The notes: generated from the sequence alone by a model not told the origin. 64,000 nt of DNA from Myxococcota bacterium (GCA_965250285.1 OZ252299.1:1728001-1792000); one strand, 5' to 3'; numbered from the stretch's first letter, positions 19,401 through 28,279 are shown. Numbers and translations are program-made.

Positions 19401-21485
19401 ACCAGCGAGAAGGTGATCGGGCCGGGGCCACTCGCCTCGGCCTGGCCGTCGGCGTCGTAGGCGTACGCCGCCCCCACCGTGGCGTTCGTCGACGCCGCCG
19501 ACGTGAAGACGGGAGGCGCCGGCGGCGGCGCGGCCGCCACGTCGATCATGAAGCTCTGGGTGTCGAAGCCGACGGCGTTGTCGGCCCGGACCTCGACGGG
19601 CTGCAGGCCGGTCTGGCCCGCCGTGGGCGTCCAGGCCACCTGGCCCGTCGGCGACACGGTCATGCCCGAGGGACCGCTGACCAGCGAGAACGTGAAGGGC
19701 CCGGTGCCGGCCGCCTCAAGGGTCGAATCGGCGTCGTAGGCATAGGCCTGGTCTTCTTCGCCCACGAGCGACGGCGTCGAGGTGATGAGCGGCGGCTGCG
19801 GGGCCAACGGTTCGACGAGCACGTCGTCGAAGCGCGCGCCGGCGTTCGCCCAACTCGACAGCGCGATGGTGCCTGCGGTCAGGTCGGGATCGACCACCGA
19901 GAACACCGGAGCGCCATCGATCGAGACCTCGATCGAGGCGCCATCGAGCACGACCTCGAGCAGGTACATCTGGCCGATGGTGTACGTCGTGTTGATCTCA
20001 CCGAGCAGGGTGAAGTTGCCGGCGACGTTCTTCACCAGGCGCTGGTAGCCCATCTGGGTGTTCCACGAGAACCGGTAGTAGTCGTCGAGGCCCTGCATGC
20101 GGAAGATCAGGCCGACCTCGTCGTCATCGTCCGACCCGATGAGCACGCTCACCCTGTAGTCGTCCCAGGCGGCGCCGCCGTCGTGGATCGCGTAGGTGCC
20201 GATCTTGCTGAGCGCCTCGACCGTGGTCGGATTCGACAGGATGTTGGTGCCCTGCGTCAGGACGCCGCCGACAACCTGCCAATCGGACGGTGCCTCACGG
20301 TCGCCCGGATCCTCGATGATCCAGCCAGCCAAGTCGCCGTCTGCGAAGTCGTCGCTCAGCAGGTACGGCGGCCGCTCGGCGACGTCGATGCCGAAGCTCT
20401 GGGTCGCCGCGCCGAAGGCATTCAGGGCCTCGATCTCGACCGACTGCAGCCCTTCCTGTCCATCGCCCGGCGTCCAGCTCACGGCGCCATCGGGATCGAC
20501 CGTGAGGCCGGCGGGGCCGCTCACCAGAGAGAACGTGATCGGGCCCGGACCCGAAGCCGCAGCCTGACCGTCGCCGTCATAGACGTACGGAGCGCCCACC
20601 GTGGCGCTCGTCGACGGCGTCGACGTGAAGACCGGGGGCGCCGGCGGCGGCGCCGCCGCGACTTCGATCGTGAAGCTCTGGGTGTCGGAGCCGACGAGAT
20701 TGTCGGCGCGCAGTACGACCGGCTGCGAGCCGACCTGCCCCGCCGTCGGCGTCCAGGTCACCCCGCCGACCGAGCTCACCGTCATTCCGGCCGGACCACT
20801 CTCGAGCGAGAACGTGATCGGACCGGTACCCGAGGCCTCGAGGGTGGCGTCGGCGTCGTATGCGTAGGCCTGATCCTCTTCGGCTGCGAGCGACGGCGTC
20901 GACGTGATCGTCGGCGGCTCGTCGGCGAGCGGCTCGACGGCGATGGCCGAGAACTGGGCGCCTTCGTTGGCCCAGCTCGACAAGCCGATCGTACCGCCCG
21001 TGATGTCGGGGTCGGTCACGGAGAACACCGTCAGCCCATCGACCGAGATCTCGATCGAGGGTCCCTCGACCACGACCTCGAGGACGTAGGTCTGCCCCGG
21101 CGTGTACGCGGTGTTGACCTCGCCGAGCAGGGTGAAGCTGCCCCCGACGTTCTTGACGAGACGCTGGTAGTTCATCTGCGCGTTCCACGAGAAGCGGTAG
21201 TAGTCGTCCAGCCCCTGCACGCGGAACATGAAGCCGATGTCGTCGTTGTCGAGCGAGCCGATCTCGAGACGCACGCGGTAGTCGGTCCAGCCGTAGCCCC
21301 CGTCATAGATCGCGTAGGTGCCGATCTTCGTGAGGCTCTCGACCGTCGTCGGGTTCGACAGGATGTTCGTGTTCTGGGTCATCACGCCGCCGACGACCTG
21401 CCAATCCGAAGGCGCGTCCCGATCGCCGGGATCCGAAATCGTCCAGCCGTCGTAGTCGCCGTCATCGAAGCTCTCGACGAGGAGT
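16430..21485 (-). repeat. Intragenic tandem repeat with 1,122-bp (374 aa) unit, about 4.5 copies
   Basis: Anchor TGCCAATC (DWQ codons) at 16911, 18033, 19155, 20277 and 21399, exactly 1,122 bp apart. Confidence 0.95.
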
Positions 21486-24400
21486 GCACTCGACGGGGCC
21501 GACGACTCGGCATCGTCGATCTGCTCGAGGTAGCTCGCGAGCAGCGCGAGGTCGCCGGCCGAGAGGGCCACGCCCGTATGGGCCGCCACGGCATCGGCGA
21601 TCGTCGCCGCCGACCCGTCGTGCAGGTACGGCGCGGTCGCCCAGAGGCCGCGGAGCGTCGGCGTGTCGAGGGCCGTCTGCGGACCGCTGATCGCCTTGAG
21701 GGTGCCGACGTCGTGCATGCGGAGCAGCACACTGTCGGTGAAGGCACTGCCGAGATGGCAATCGCCACACTGCTCGCTCTGGAAGAGGAGTCGCCCGGCG
21801 GCGCCGTCCGCAGTGAGCGCACCCGTCGCCGAGCGCGCGGGGGACGAACCGACCGACGCCAGGGAGCCGACATAGGCGGCGAGGTCGTCGAGGTCGATGC
21901 TGAGTCCCGCCTTCGGCGTGCCGAGCGGATCGCTCGTCGCCGCAAAGTCGGGATCGTTCATGAGACCCAGGCCCTCGAAGTGCCGAATCTGGTTTTCGAA
22001 GTCCTGGACCTCGTCGAAGTTCGCCGTCCAGTGCACCGGCCCGTGGCCCTGGCCGCGGCCCTCGAGCGAGATCGTGTTGCGGAAGCCCTCGCCGAGGTCG
22101 GAGAAGTCCCACACGCGGCCGTCGTGGCCGCCGTCGCGGTGGCACGAGGCGCAGGCGATGTAGCCGGCGAGCGCCAGTCGGGGGTCGCGCGAGTCGTAGA
22201 AGAGCTGCTTGCCGTTCAGGATCTCGATCGACAGCGTGTCGACGTCGACCTTCAGGATCGTGGCGAGCACGGGCAGCGCCGGATCGTCGAAGTCGAGGAG
22301 ATTCGTCAGGTCGAGCACCGTCACGGTGCGATCCATGAAGTTGTCGACGTACAGGGTCAGGCCATCGGGCGACAGCGCGAGACCATGCGGTGCGCGACCG
22401 ACGTCGACGCGGCCGAGCTCGATCTGCGAGAAGGGCTCGAGCACGCTGACGGCGCGCGTCCCCTCGAGCGACGTGAAGGCATACGCGCCGAGCCGGCTGT
22501 AGATCGTCGAATGCGCGATGCTCTCGTCATCGTGATCGCGACGCGCCAGGATGTCTTCCTGTCCAGTCGTGAGATCGATGCGCGACGTGATGGCGCGCAC
22601 CATCGAGTCATGGGTCAGCGCGACGCCTTCGCGGAACTGGCCGCGGTAGACGTTGTCCTGCTTCGAAGGCACGAGCATCTCGGTGCCGTCGGGCGAGACG
22701 ATCGGCGCGCCGACGTAGTTCGGCACACCCCGGCCGCTGTGCTCGGTATCGGGGATCGTGCTCACACCGAGCGTGATCGAAGGCCCGATCGCGAGCGTCG
22801 CCGCATCCAGCGACAGAACGGAAGCCCCCTCGCTCGGTGCGGCCGAAGGCACGCCCGTCGACTCGCCCGTGAGCAGCGGCGTGATGTGGTAGGTGGCGTG
22901 CACGGTCGCGCCGTCGCTCGTCACGCCCAGGTGCCGGACGTGCGGTCCGACGCTTTGGGCCCCGAGCTCGGCCCCCGTCGCGCCGTCGAGCCGGCGCACC
23001 TCGCCGAGATCGCCGAGCGAGACGAATGCGTTGGCGCCGGATGGATCGAACACGATCGCGTACAGGCCTGCACCGGCACCGAGCTCGATGCGACTCGCCG
23101 GCTCGACGGCCAGCGCGACCGGATCGATGACGTCGATGACGTCGTCGCCGCGGCAGGCCACCCAGACGTCACCGTTCGCGGCCACGTCGAGCGTGACGGG
23201 CTCGTCACATACCGGGATCTCGAGGAGCTTGAGGCCGAGCGGCGCGTCGATGACGCTCACCGAGTCGTTGTCGGGGTTCACGACCCACACGCGGTCGGTC
23301 GCTTCGTCGTAGACGATCGAGCTGCTCGCGGTCGGGGCCGCAGCCGTCGGCGTCCCGGCGATGTTCTGCACGAACTGCATCGAGGTCTGAGCCAGCGTCG
23401 TCGGATCGATGGCGGTGACGGTGACGGTATGTCGACCGGGGCCCGCAAAGACGTGGGTCACATCGGGCGTCGCCAGCGGTCCGACGGTCGGGGTTCCGTC
23501 GCCGAAGTTCCACGTGTACTCGAACGTGCCGGACAGATTGACGCTCGCGGTGAACGAGACGCTCGTCCCATCGAGCTCGGGCGGCGAGGCAAACGGAATC
23601 AGCTGGAACGCATCTTCCACCGTCCAGAGGAAGTCGACCGAGTCTGACTCGACCGACTCGTCGGTGACCGTCACAGTCACGGCAAAGACGCCCGCCGTCG
23701 TGATCGATCCGTAGATCTCGCCGGTATTGGAATCGATCGACAGCCCAGGCGGCAGACCGATTGCCGAGAAGTCGAGATCGTCACCCTCGGCGTCACCCGC
23801 TTGAATGAACATCGAGACGCTCGTCGCCACGGCACCGACCTGATCGCCGGGGTCGAGTACGGTGGGCGGTGTGTTGTAGAAGGCCTGAAGCCCGAGGGCG
23901 GCGTTCGAGGGATCGATCGCGAGCCAGCCGACTTCCTCGTCGGCGTGGGCCACCTCGCTGTCCTGGGACTGCTCTTCCTCGACGATGACGTCGAAGCCGG
24001 CCGTCGTCACGGCTTCGACCCGAAGCGCGGCGACGTCGGCTCCGTTGCGCGTTTGCATGCCGGCGAGCAGAACGGGGAGACCCGACAGCCCTTCGCTGAA
24101 CGCCACCGTCTCGGGGACCTCGTCGACCACGGTGCCCGTGGAAGCCGCCTCGGCCAGACCGGAGATCTGGGTGGGCTCGACCGCGATCCAGTGCACGTTC
24201 TCGTCCGGGAACGTCTGCCCGAGGTTCTCCTCCTTCTGGATGCGGACCGTGAAGCCCGCGTCGGAGACGCCCTCGATCCGCGGGACCGCCGCGATGCCGC
24301 TCGAGTTGTCCACGATCTGAGCGAGGACGAGCGGCGTCGTGTCGAACAGCCCCGGCGCGAAGGGCTCGGTCCAGGGGTTGTCGTGATCGATGCCGGTCGA

Positions 24401-26509
24401 AACCCCCGCGACCAACGTCGAGCCATCGGGGAGCACGTACTCCCCCGCCTCGACCACGAGGTACGAGATCGTCTCGAGGCCGTGGGCCCCGTCGAGATAG
24501 TCCCACTCGTCGATCTGGAACTCGAAGCCGGTCGGAGTCACGTTGCCGACGCGGACCGTGGTCGGCGCGGGATCATTCCGGCTCGGCGGCCCCATGACGA
24601 CGACCGGGTTCTGGATCACGCGTGACAGTGTGACGCTGTGCCATTCGTCCCCGTCTACCTGGTCGACCGTCAGTGTGCCGAACTCGCTGCGCGCAGTGGA
24701 GACGATCCACGAGAACTCGATGTTCGACGCCTCTGTCCCGTCGAAGGCGCTGATCGTGACGTCGTAGACGCCGGGCGTCGTGGGCTGGCCCGTGATCTGG
24801 CCCGACTGCGGGTCGAGCGAAAGCCCGGGCGGCAGGTTGGTCTGGGCGAAGACGATCGGGTTGCCGTCGGGATCCTCCGCCTGGATCTGCACGAAGACGG
24901 TGGCGCCGACGTCGTGCCCCAGCCGCTCGATGGGCTTGCCTCGCGGCAGGCCGTCGTTCGTCACCTGGATCACTTCGGCGACCGACGGCACCTCGCCGTC
25001 CATCGCGAACAGCATCCAGTAGCCGGGCACGAGGACGTTCTCGTTCGTGTGAAGCGTCAGCTCGTACGTGCCCGGGCTGACCTCGTTCATGGTCGGCCGC
25101 AGGAATCGCTGATCGGTGTTCATGGTATGTGTCGTCGACGACATGCGGACCATGCTGAATGCGCTGAGCCCCGGCGTCGCGCTCACCTGGAACGTGCGAG
25201 CGAGGCGCACGACGCCCGGCGCACTGTCGATGACCGGTCGCGGCGCGAGCTCGCCGTCTGCCTGGTACAGGTACGGCGGATAGAAGACCTCGGCATTCCA
25301 ATGGTCGGATCCACATTCACCCGGCGGCGCCGTTCCGGGCGCCGGGCAGGGACGGTTGCTGAGGCCGCCACCGGCAGAGATCACCGAGCCGTCGAGCAGC
25401 AGCAGTGCGGTCGAGTGATAGGTGCGCGCCTGGTTCTGCGCGTTGTAGAGGGTCCACGTGTCGGTGTCGGGATCCCAGGCCTCGGCGTTCAGGATCGCGA
25501 ACGCGTCGGTGAACTTCTGTCCCGACGTGTTGCCTCCGACGACGAGCACGTCACCGTTCGGCAGGAGCACCTCGTTCTGGAACTGGCGCGGCCAGTTCAT
25601 GCTCGAGACCGGCGTGGCCTGGAGCGACGGCGCCTCGAGGTCGATCGTCCAGGCGAGGTCGATCGCCGTACTGCTGCTCGTCGACGTCGAGCCGCCGGCG
25701 ACGAGAATCTTGCCCTCGTCGTAGACGACCGAGACCCCCTCGTCGGGGAAGGCCGGGTAGCTGTGGGGCCGCTTCGTGATCGAGCCGAGCCCGTCCGCAC
25801 CGCCGAACGGGTCGATCGAGTTCATGCCGAGGCCGCTGACCGCACCGTGGTGCAGCACGGTGCCGTCCATGTCGAGCTGGAGCATCGGCCACATGCCGCC
25901 GCCGTCGCGCAGGCCCGAGGCCAGCATGGTGTCGGAAAGGTCGACGCCCGTGAGCAGGGTCCAGCCGGTGTCTTCCGTCCAGACCTCGGGGAAGACGCCA
26001 CCGCCATCGCCCACGGCGATGAAGACGCTGCCATCGCCCATCGCGACGGCCGTCGGGTACCAGCGCCCGCGGTTCATGTTGTTCGACGCGTCGAGCTGCA
26101 CCCACGTGTCGCGCACGAAGTCGTAGTAGCTGACCCAGGGGCTCTGCCCCTTGTTGCGGCCACCGATGATGAACGTGCGACCGTCTTCGAGCGTGACCAG
26201 CGCCGCGCAGAACATGTCGTGGCTCGGGTGCGGCACCTCCACGATCTCGCCCGTGACGTGATCCCACACTGCGGCGTAGGTGAACTCGTCGTTGACCGAG
26301 CCCGGGAAAGCGTTTGGCTCGTTCGAGGCGAAGGTCAGGATGCGGCCATCGGGCAGGTTCGCCATCGAGACTGGCACGTGGGGCCACTCGATGATCGGGC
26401 CCCACACGCCGCCGACGTGCGGCGGGAAGCTCGGCGGCGGGTTCGGCGGCTGAACCTGCGCCGAAGCGGCCGAAGCGAACGCGAGAGCGGCGATCAACGG
26501 CAGGAGCAT
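16430..26509 (-). CDS. Giant secreted multidomain protein: galactose oxidase-like (AA5) Kelch and DUF1929 domains, Ig/He_PIG, three H-type lectin-like repeats, PKD, YVTN-type beta-propeller, di-heme cytochrome c, then five TSP_C-like domains alternating with four pairs of Ig/cadherin-like domains
   Basis: Single 10.4-kb ORF (open to 26791; signal peptide MLLPLIAALAFASAASA-Q begins at 26509); HDMFC, RWYPT, RTYHS, TTH..NTDQR; WNFGDG; CASCH and CGDCH; TPTLRGLWATAPYLHDGS. Confidence 0.9.
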   Translation of the reverse strand: MLLPLIAALAFASAASAQVQPPNPPPSFPPHVGGVWGPIIEWPHVPVSMANLPDGRILTFASNEPNAFPGSVNDEFTYAAVWDHVTGEIVEVPHPSHDMFCAALVTLEDGRTFIIGGRNKGQSPWVSYYDFVRDTWVQLDASNNMNRGRWYPTAVAMGDGSVFIAVGDGGGVFPEVWTEDTGWTLLTGVDLSDTMLASGLRDGGGMWPMLQLDMDGTVLHHGAVSGLGMNSIDPFGGADGLGSITKRPHSYPAFPDEGVSVVYDEGKILVAGGSTSTSSSTAIDLAWTIDLEAPSLQATPVSSMNWPRQFQNEVLLPNGDVLVVGGNTSGQKFTDAFAILNAEAWDPDTDTWTLYNAQNQARTYHSTALLLLDGSVISAGGGLSNRPCPAPGTAPPGECGSDHWNAEVFYPPYLYQADGELAPRPVIDSAPGVVRLARTFQVSATPGLSAFSMVRMSSTTHTMNTDQRFLRPTMNEVSPGTYELTLHTNENVLVPGYWMLFAMDGEVPSVAEVIQVTNDGLPRGKPIERLGHDVGATVFVQIQAEDPDGNPIVFAQTNLPPGLSLDPQSGQITGQPTTPGVYDVTISAFDGTEASNIEFSWIVSTARSEFGTLTVDQVDGDEWHSVTLSRVIQNPVVVMGPPSRNDPAPTTVRVGNVTPTGFEFQIDEWDYLDGAHGLETISYLVVEAGEYVLPDGSTLVAGVSTGIDHDNPWTEPFAPGLFDTTPLVLAQIVDNSSGIAAVPRIEGVSDAGFTVRIQKEENLGQTFPDENVHWIAVEPTQISGLAEAASTGTVVDEVPETVAFSEGLSGLPVLLAGMQTRNGADVAALRVEAVTTAGFDVIVEEEQSQDSEVAHADEEVGWLAIDPSNAALGLQAFYNTPPTVLDPGDQVGAVATSVSMFIQAGDAEGDDLDFSAIGLPPGLSIDSNTGEIYGSITTAGVFAVTVTVTDESVESDSVDFLWTVEDAFQLIPFASPPELDGTSVSFTASVNLSGTFEYTWNFGDGTPTVGPLATPDVTHVFAGPGRHTVTVTAIDPTTLAQTSMQFVQNIAGTPTAAAPTASSSIVYDEATDRVWVVNPDNDSVSVIDAPLGLKLLEIPVCDEPVTLDVAANGDVWVACRGDDVIDVIDPVALAVEPASRIELGAGAGLYAIVFDPSGANAFVSLGDLGEVRRLDGATGAELGAQSVGPHVRHLGVTSDGATVHATYHITPLLTGESTGVPSAAPSEGASVLSLDAATLAIGPSITLGVSTIPDTEHSGRGVPNYVGAPIVSPDGTEMLVPSKQDNVYRGQFREGVALTHDSMVRAITSRIDLTTGQEDILARRDHDDESIAHSTIYSRLGAYAFTSLEGTRAVSVLEPFSQIELGRVDVGRAPHGLALSPDGLTLYVDNFMDRTVTVLDLTNLLDFDDPALPVLATILKVDVDTLSIEILNGKQLFYDSRDPRLALAGYIACASCHRDGGHDGRVWDFSDLGEGFRNTISLEGRGQGHGPVHWTANFDEVQDFENQIRHFEGLGLMNDPDFAATSDPLGTPKAGLSIDLDDLAAYVGSLASVGSSPARSATGALTADGAAGRLLFQSEQCGDCHLGSAFTDSVLLRMHDVGTLKAISGPQTALDTPTLRGLWATAPYLHDGSAATIADAVAAHTGVALSAGDLALLASYLEQIDDAESSAPSSALLVESFDDGDYDGWTISDPGDRDAPSDWQVVGGVMTQNTNILSNPTTVESLTKIGTYAIYDGGYGWTDYRVRLEIGSLDNDDIGFMFRVQGLDDYYRFSWNAQMNYQRLVKNVGGSFTLLGEVNTAYTPGQTYVLEVVVEGPSIEISVDGLTVFSVTDPDITGGTIGLSSWANEGAQFSAIAVEPLADEPPTITSTPSLAAEEDQAYAYDADATLEASGTGPITFSLESGPAGMTVSSVGGVTWTPTAGQVGSQPVVLRADNLVGSDTQSFTIEVAAAPPPAPPVFTSTPSTSATVGAPYVYDGDGQAAASGPGPITFSLVSGPAGLTVDPDGAVSWTPGDGQEGLQSVEIEALNAFGAATQSFGIDVAERPPYLLSDDFADGDLAGWIIEDPGDREAPSDWQVVGGVLTQGTNILSNPTTVEALSKIGTYAIHDGGAAWDDYRVSVLIGSDDDDEVGLIFRMQGLDDYYRFSWNTQMGYQRLVKNVAGNFTLLGEINTTYTIGQMYLLEVVLDGASIEVSIDGAPVFSVVDPDLTAGTIALSSWANAGARFDDVLVEPLAPQPPLITSTPSLVGEEDQAYAYDADSTLEAAGTGPFTFSLVSGPSGMTVSPTGQVAWTPTAGQTGLQPVEVRADNAVGFDTQSFMIDVAAAPPPAPPVFTSAASTNATVGAAYAYDADGQAEASGPGPITFSLVSGPTGFVVDPDGTVTWTPAADQEGVQSVEIEAANSFGSVTQSFDVDVAAAPPYMLSADFETGDLAGWTIADPGDREAPSDWQVVGGVLTQGTNILSNPTTVEALSKIGTYAIYDGGTAWDDYKVSMLIGSDDDDEVGLIFRMQGLDDYYRFSWNTQMGYQRLVKNVGGNFTLLGETNTTYTIGQLYLLEVVLDGASIDVSIDGVPVFSVVDPDLTSGTIALSSWANAGGLYDEVLVEPLAPQPPLITSTPSLVGEEGQAYAYDADSTVEAAGTGPFTFSLVSGPSGMTVSPTGQVAWTPTAGQTGLQPVEVRADNAVGFDTQSFTIDVAAAPPPSPPVFTSTAATDATVDAPYAYDANDQAEASGPGPITFALVSGPAGFAVAPNGTVSWTPTAGQEGVQSVEIEASNTFGTVTQSFDVDVAPAPPYLLSDDFEDGDHAGWTIEDPGDREAPSDWQVVGGVLNQGTNILSNPTTVESITKIGTYAIYDGGTTWDDYRVSVLIGSDDNDEIGVMFRMQGLDDYYRFSWNTQMGYQRLVKNVGGNFTLLGEISTTYTTGQMYLLEVVLDGPSIEVSIDGVPVFSVVDPDLTGGTIGLSSWANAGALFDDVLVEPLAPQAPLITSVPSLAGEEDQPYAYDADGIIEAAGTGPFTFALDSGPSGMTVSSAGVVSWTPTAGQIGPQAVVVRADNAVGSDTQSFTVEVAAAPPPAPPVFTSTAATTATVGAAYAYDADGVAEASGPGPITFSLVSGPLGFAVAPGGAVTWTPVAGQEGVHAVEIEAANAFGTVAQSFDVDVAPAPPYLLSDDFEDGDLAGWTVSDPGDREAPSDWQVVGGVLMQNTNILSNPTTVQSITKIGSYAIFDGGTTWDDYKVSMLIGSDDNDEIGLMFRVQGLDDYYRFSWNTQMNYQRLVKNVGGSFSLLGEVNTTYTIGQMYLLEVVVDGPSIEVSIDGGVVFSVVDPDLAGGTIGLSTWANAGGRYDDVLVEPLAP

Positions 26510-26830
26510 CGCGGCGAGCAAGCCAGTCGGCTGGGCTCGAAGCGGCGCAGGGATGGAAGGGGTCGGGTCCGGGCGGCATTCAGTCAGGGGCACGGCGAAT
26601 TTCCAGAGCAGAAGGGATGCGGCGAGCGGTGGCAGTCCGCTCTCCTGGGAGCGCGCGTCACCCAGCCCGAGTCGAAGTCGGGGACGCGCGGTTCGGATGG
26701 GATCGGTGGCAGCCGATCGGTTTGGGTCCTCTTCTACGGCGTGTCGAGGCCGCGGGGTGCGGTGCCCCACGGTCGAGATTCGAGTTCTCAAAGAACCCCC
26801 TCCTCTGCCGCCGCAAAACGGTGATGGTGG

Positions 26831-27727
26831 TCAGCTGGGCGTCGGTCGGCCGAAGCCCTCCTCGTAGCGCTCGATCCATTCTTCGGGGACGTGGGCCAGG
26901 TCGGTGCAGCGCAGGTAGTCGCCCATCGTCGTGCCGGTGCACTCCGAGTCGACGTTCGGGCTGCCGGTGCCCCCCGTGACCTCGTCCATGTGGACGGTTC
27001 TGAAGTCGATGCTGAAGCGGGTGTGGCCCGCGTGATTTTCGAGTGACGCGTGCATCTGCGCGCCCGAGAACACGACCATCGAGCCGGCGTCGCCGTGAAA
27101 TCGCAGGTCGTGCGAGAGATCCATCTGCTCTTCGGGCTTCGGCTGGTCGCGCTTGTCGACGCCGACATGCTGGGCCGCCGAGAATCGGTTCTGCGCGTTC
27201 CACTCGGCGTAGTTGTATCGACGCGAGCCGTTCTTGACCGAGCGTGCCCAGTAGTCGGGGTAGAAGACCATCCCCTCGTCGTCGCTCAGGGGATAGATCG
27301 GCATCCACCAGTTGAGCTGACACATCGGTGCCGAGTACCACGTGTCTCGGTGCGGGTGAAAGGCGTACGCGATGCCGGTCGTCAGGTAGTCGTCCGAGGT
27401 CGACGAGCGCAGCCGCGGCACGTCGAAGTACGTCCGCTCGGGGTCGCAGCCGAGCTCGTCGAGCACGGCGCGAATCAAGGTCTTGCTCTCGGGGTGATGG
27501 ATGAAGCGCGGCTTCAGGTCGGCGAGGATCTCGACATAGCGGTCGACCGGCAGCTCGTGCTGTGCCGTCGGTGGATGATGAGGATGGAAGGCCTCTTCGA
27601 TGAGGCCACGCGCAAAGTCGCAAAAGGCAAGTCGAGCGGAATTCGGGCCGAAGAAGAACAGATCGCCGTCGTACAGCGCTGCGCGCCGCGCGTCGTCGTC
27701 CTTCGAAGAATCGACCCAGATTCGCAT
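26831..27727 (-). CDS. Putative Fe(II)/2-oxoglutarate-dependent dioxygenase-like protein (PhyH-like)
   Basis: HRD (HxD) motif, NWWMPI, distal MHAS and TRFSIDFR consistent with the facial triad and 2OG-binding RxS. Confidence 0.65.
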   Translation of the reverse strand: MRIWVDSSKDDDARRAALYDGDLFFFGPNSARLAFCDFARGLIEEAFHPHHPPTAQHELPVDRYVEILADLKPRFIHHPESKTLIRAVLDELGCDPERTYFDVPRLRSSTSDDYLTTGIAYAFHPHRDTWYSAPMCQLNWWMPIYPLSDDEGMVFYPDYWARSVKNGSRRYNYAEWNAQNRFSAAQHVGVDKRDQPKPEEQMDLSHDLRFHGDAGSMVVFSGAQMHASLENHAGHTRFSIDFRTVHMDEVTGGTGSPNVDSECTGTTMGDYLRCTDLAHVPEEWIERYEEGFGRPTPS

Positions 27728-28247
27728 GACTTGTAATCCCCGTCACCGACGCCGAGCGCCGGCTCTGTACGGCCAGAACATTCTAAGCCGAACTCCACCC
27801 AATATGTGCCACCCACGTGGGTAAAGGCGACGCACCCCTGCGGGTGAATCTGAATTTGTCTGTGGATCGACCGCAATTCAAGGCTGGCCGCCCGCCCGCA
27901 GCGCACATGTCACGAAACGATCTCGAACCGCACGCAAGGTGCGCGCGCAATGCCGGCGCCTGAGCGCGAGATCGGCCGCGTCGGTCGGCGACGTCACGAA
28001 AGTGCGTCAGTCGGGCGCGGCTCGGCAGCAGCCGGCGCGATCCGGCTCGGTGGGCGGTCGACTGGGCCGCCGATGCGGCGAGTGGGTGACCTCCGGCGAG
28101 GCCGATCGACCGAGCGCCTGCGCTCGCCGGTCAGTCTGGCGGCGTCGCTCCTCCGAGGGCCCGGTCTGCCTGCCCCGCCGGTGGTCGTGCTGCCGGCCAC
28201 CGCGGTCGCGCTGGCGAATGCGCGACTTCGCGACCGAATCCGCCGTG

Positions 28248-28279
28248 TTGACAGGGGATTCGCCCCGGGGTACTACTCT
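28248..28279 (+). promoter_or_regulatory. Sigma70-type promoter of tRNA-Met
   Basis: Perfect TTGACA (28248-28253), 17 bp spacer, TACTAC (or TACTCT at 20 bp), about 25 bp upstream of the tRNA. Confidence 0.7.

Noticed and set aside
20183..23647. 1,154-aa plus-strand ORF and other long antisense ORFs (e.g. 588-2393, 13357-15603, 24638-26824, 32222-34273)
   Set aside because: Shadow frames of real genes caused by high GC3; Arg/Gly-rich with no motifs
26510..26791. 94-aa N-terminal extension of the giant ORF
   Set aside because: Low-complexity sequence ahead of a clear signal peptide; true start is more likely 26509 or GTG 26593
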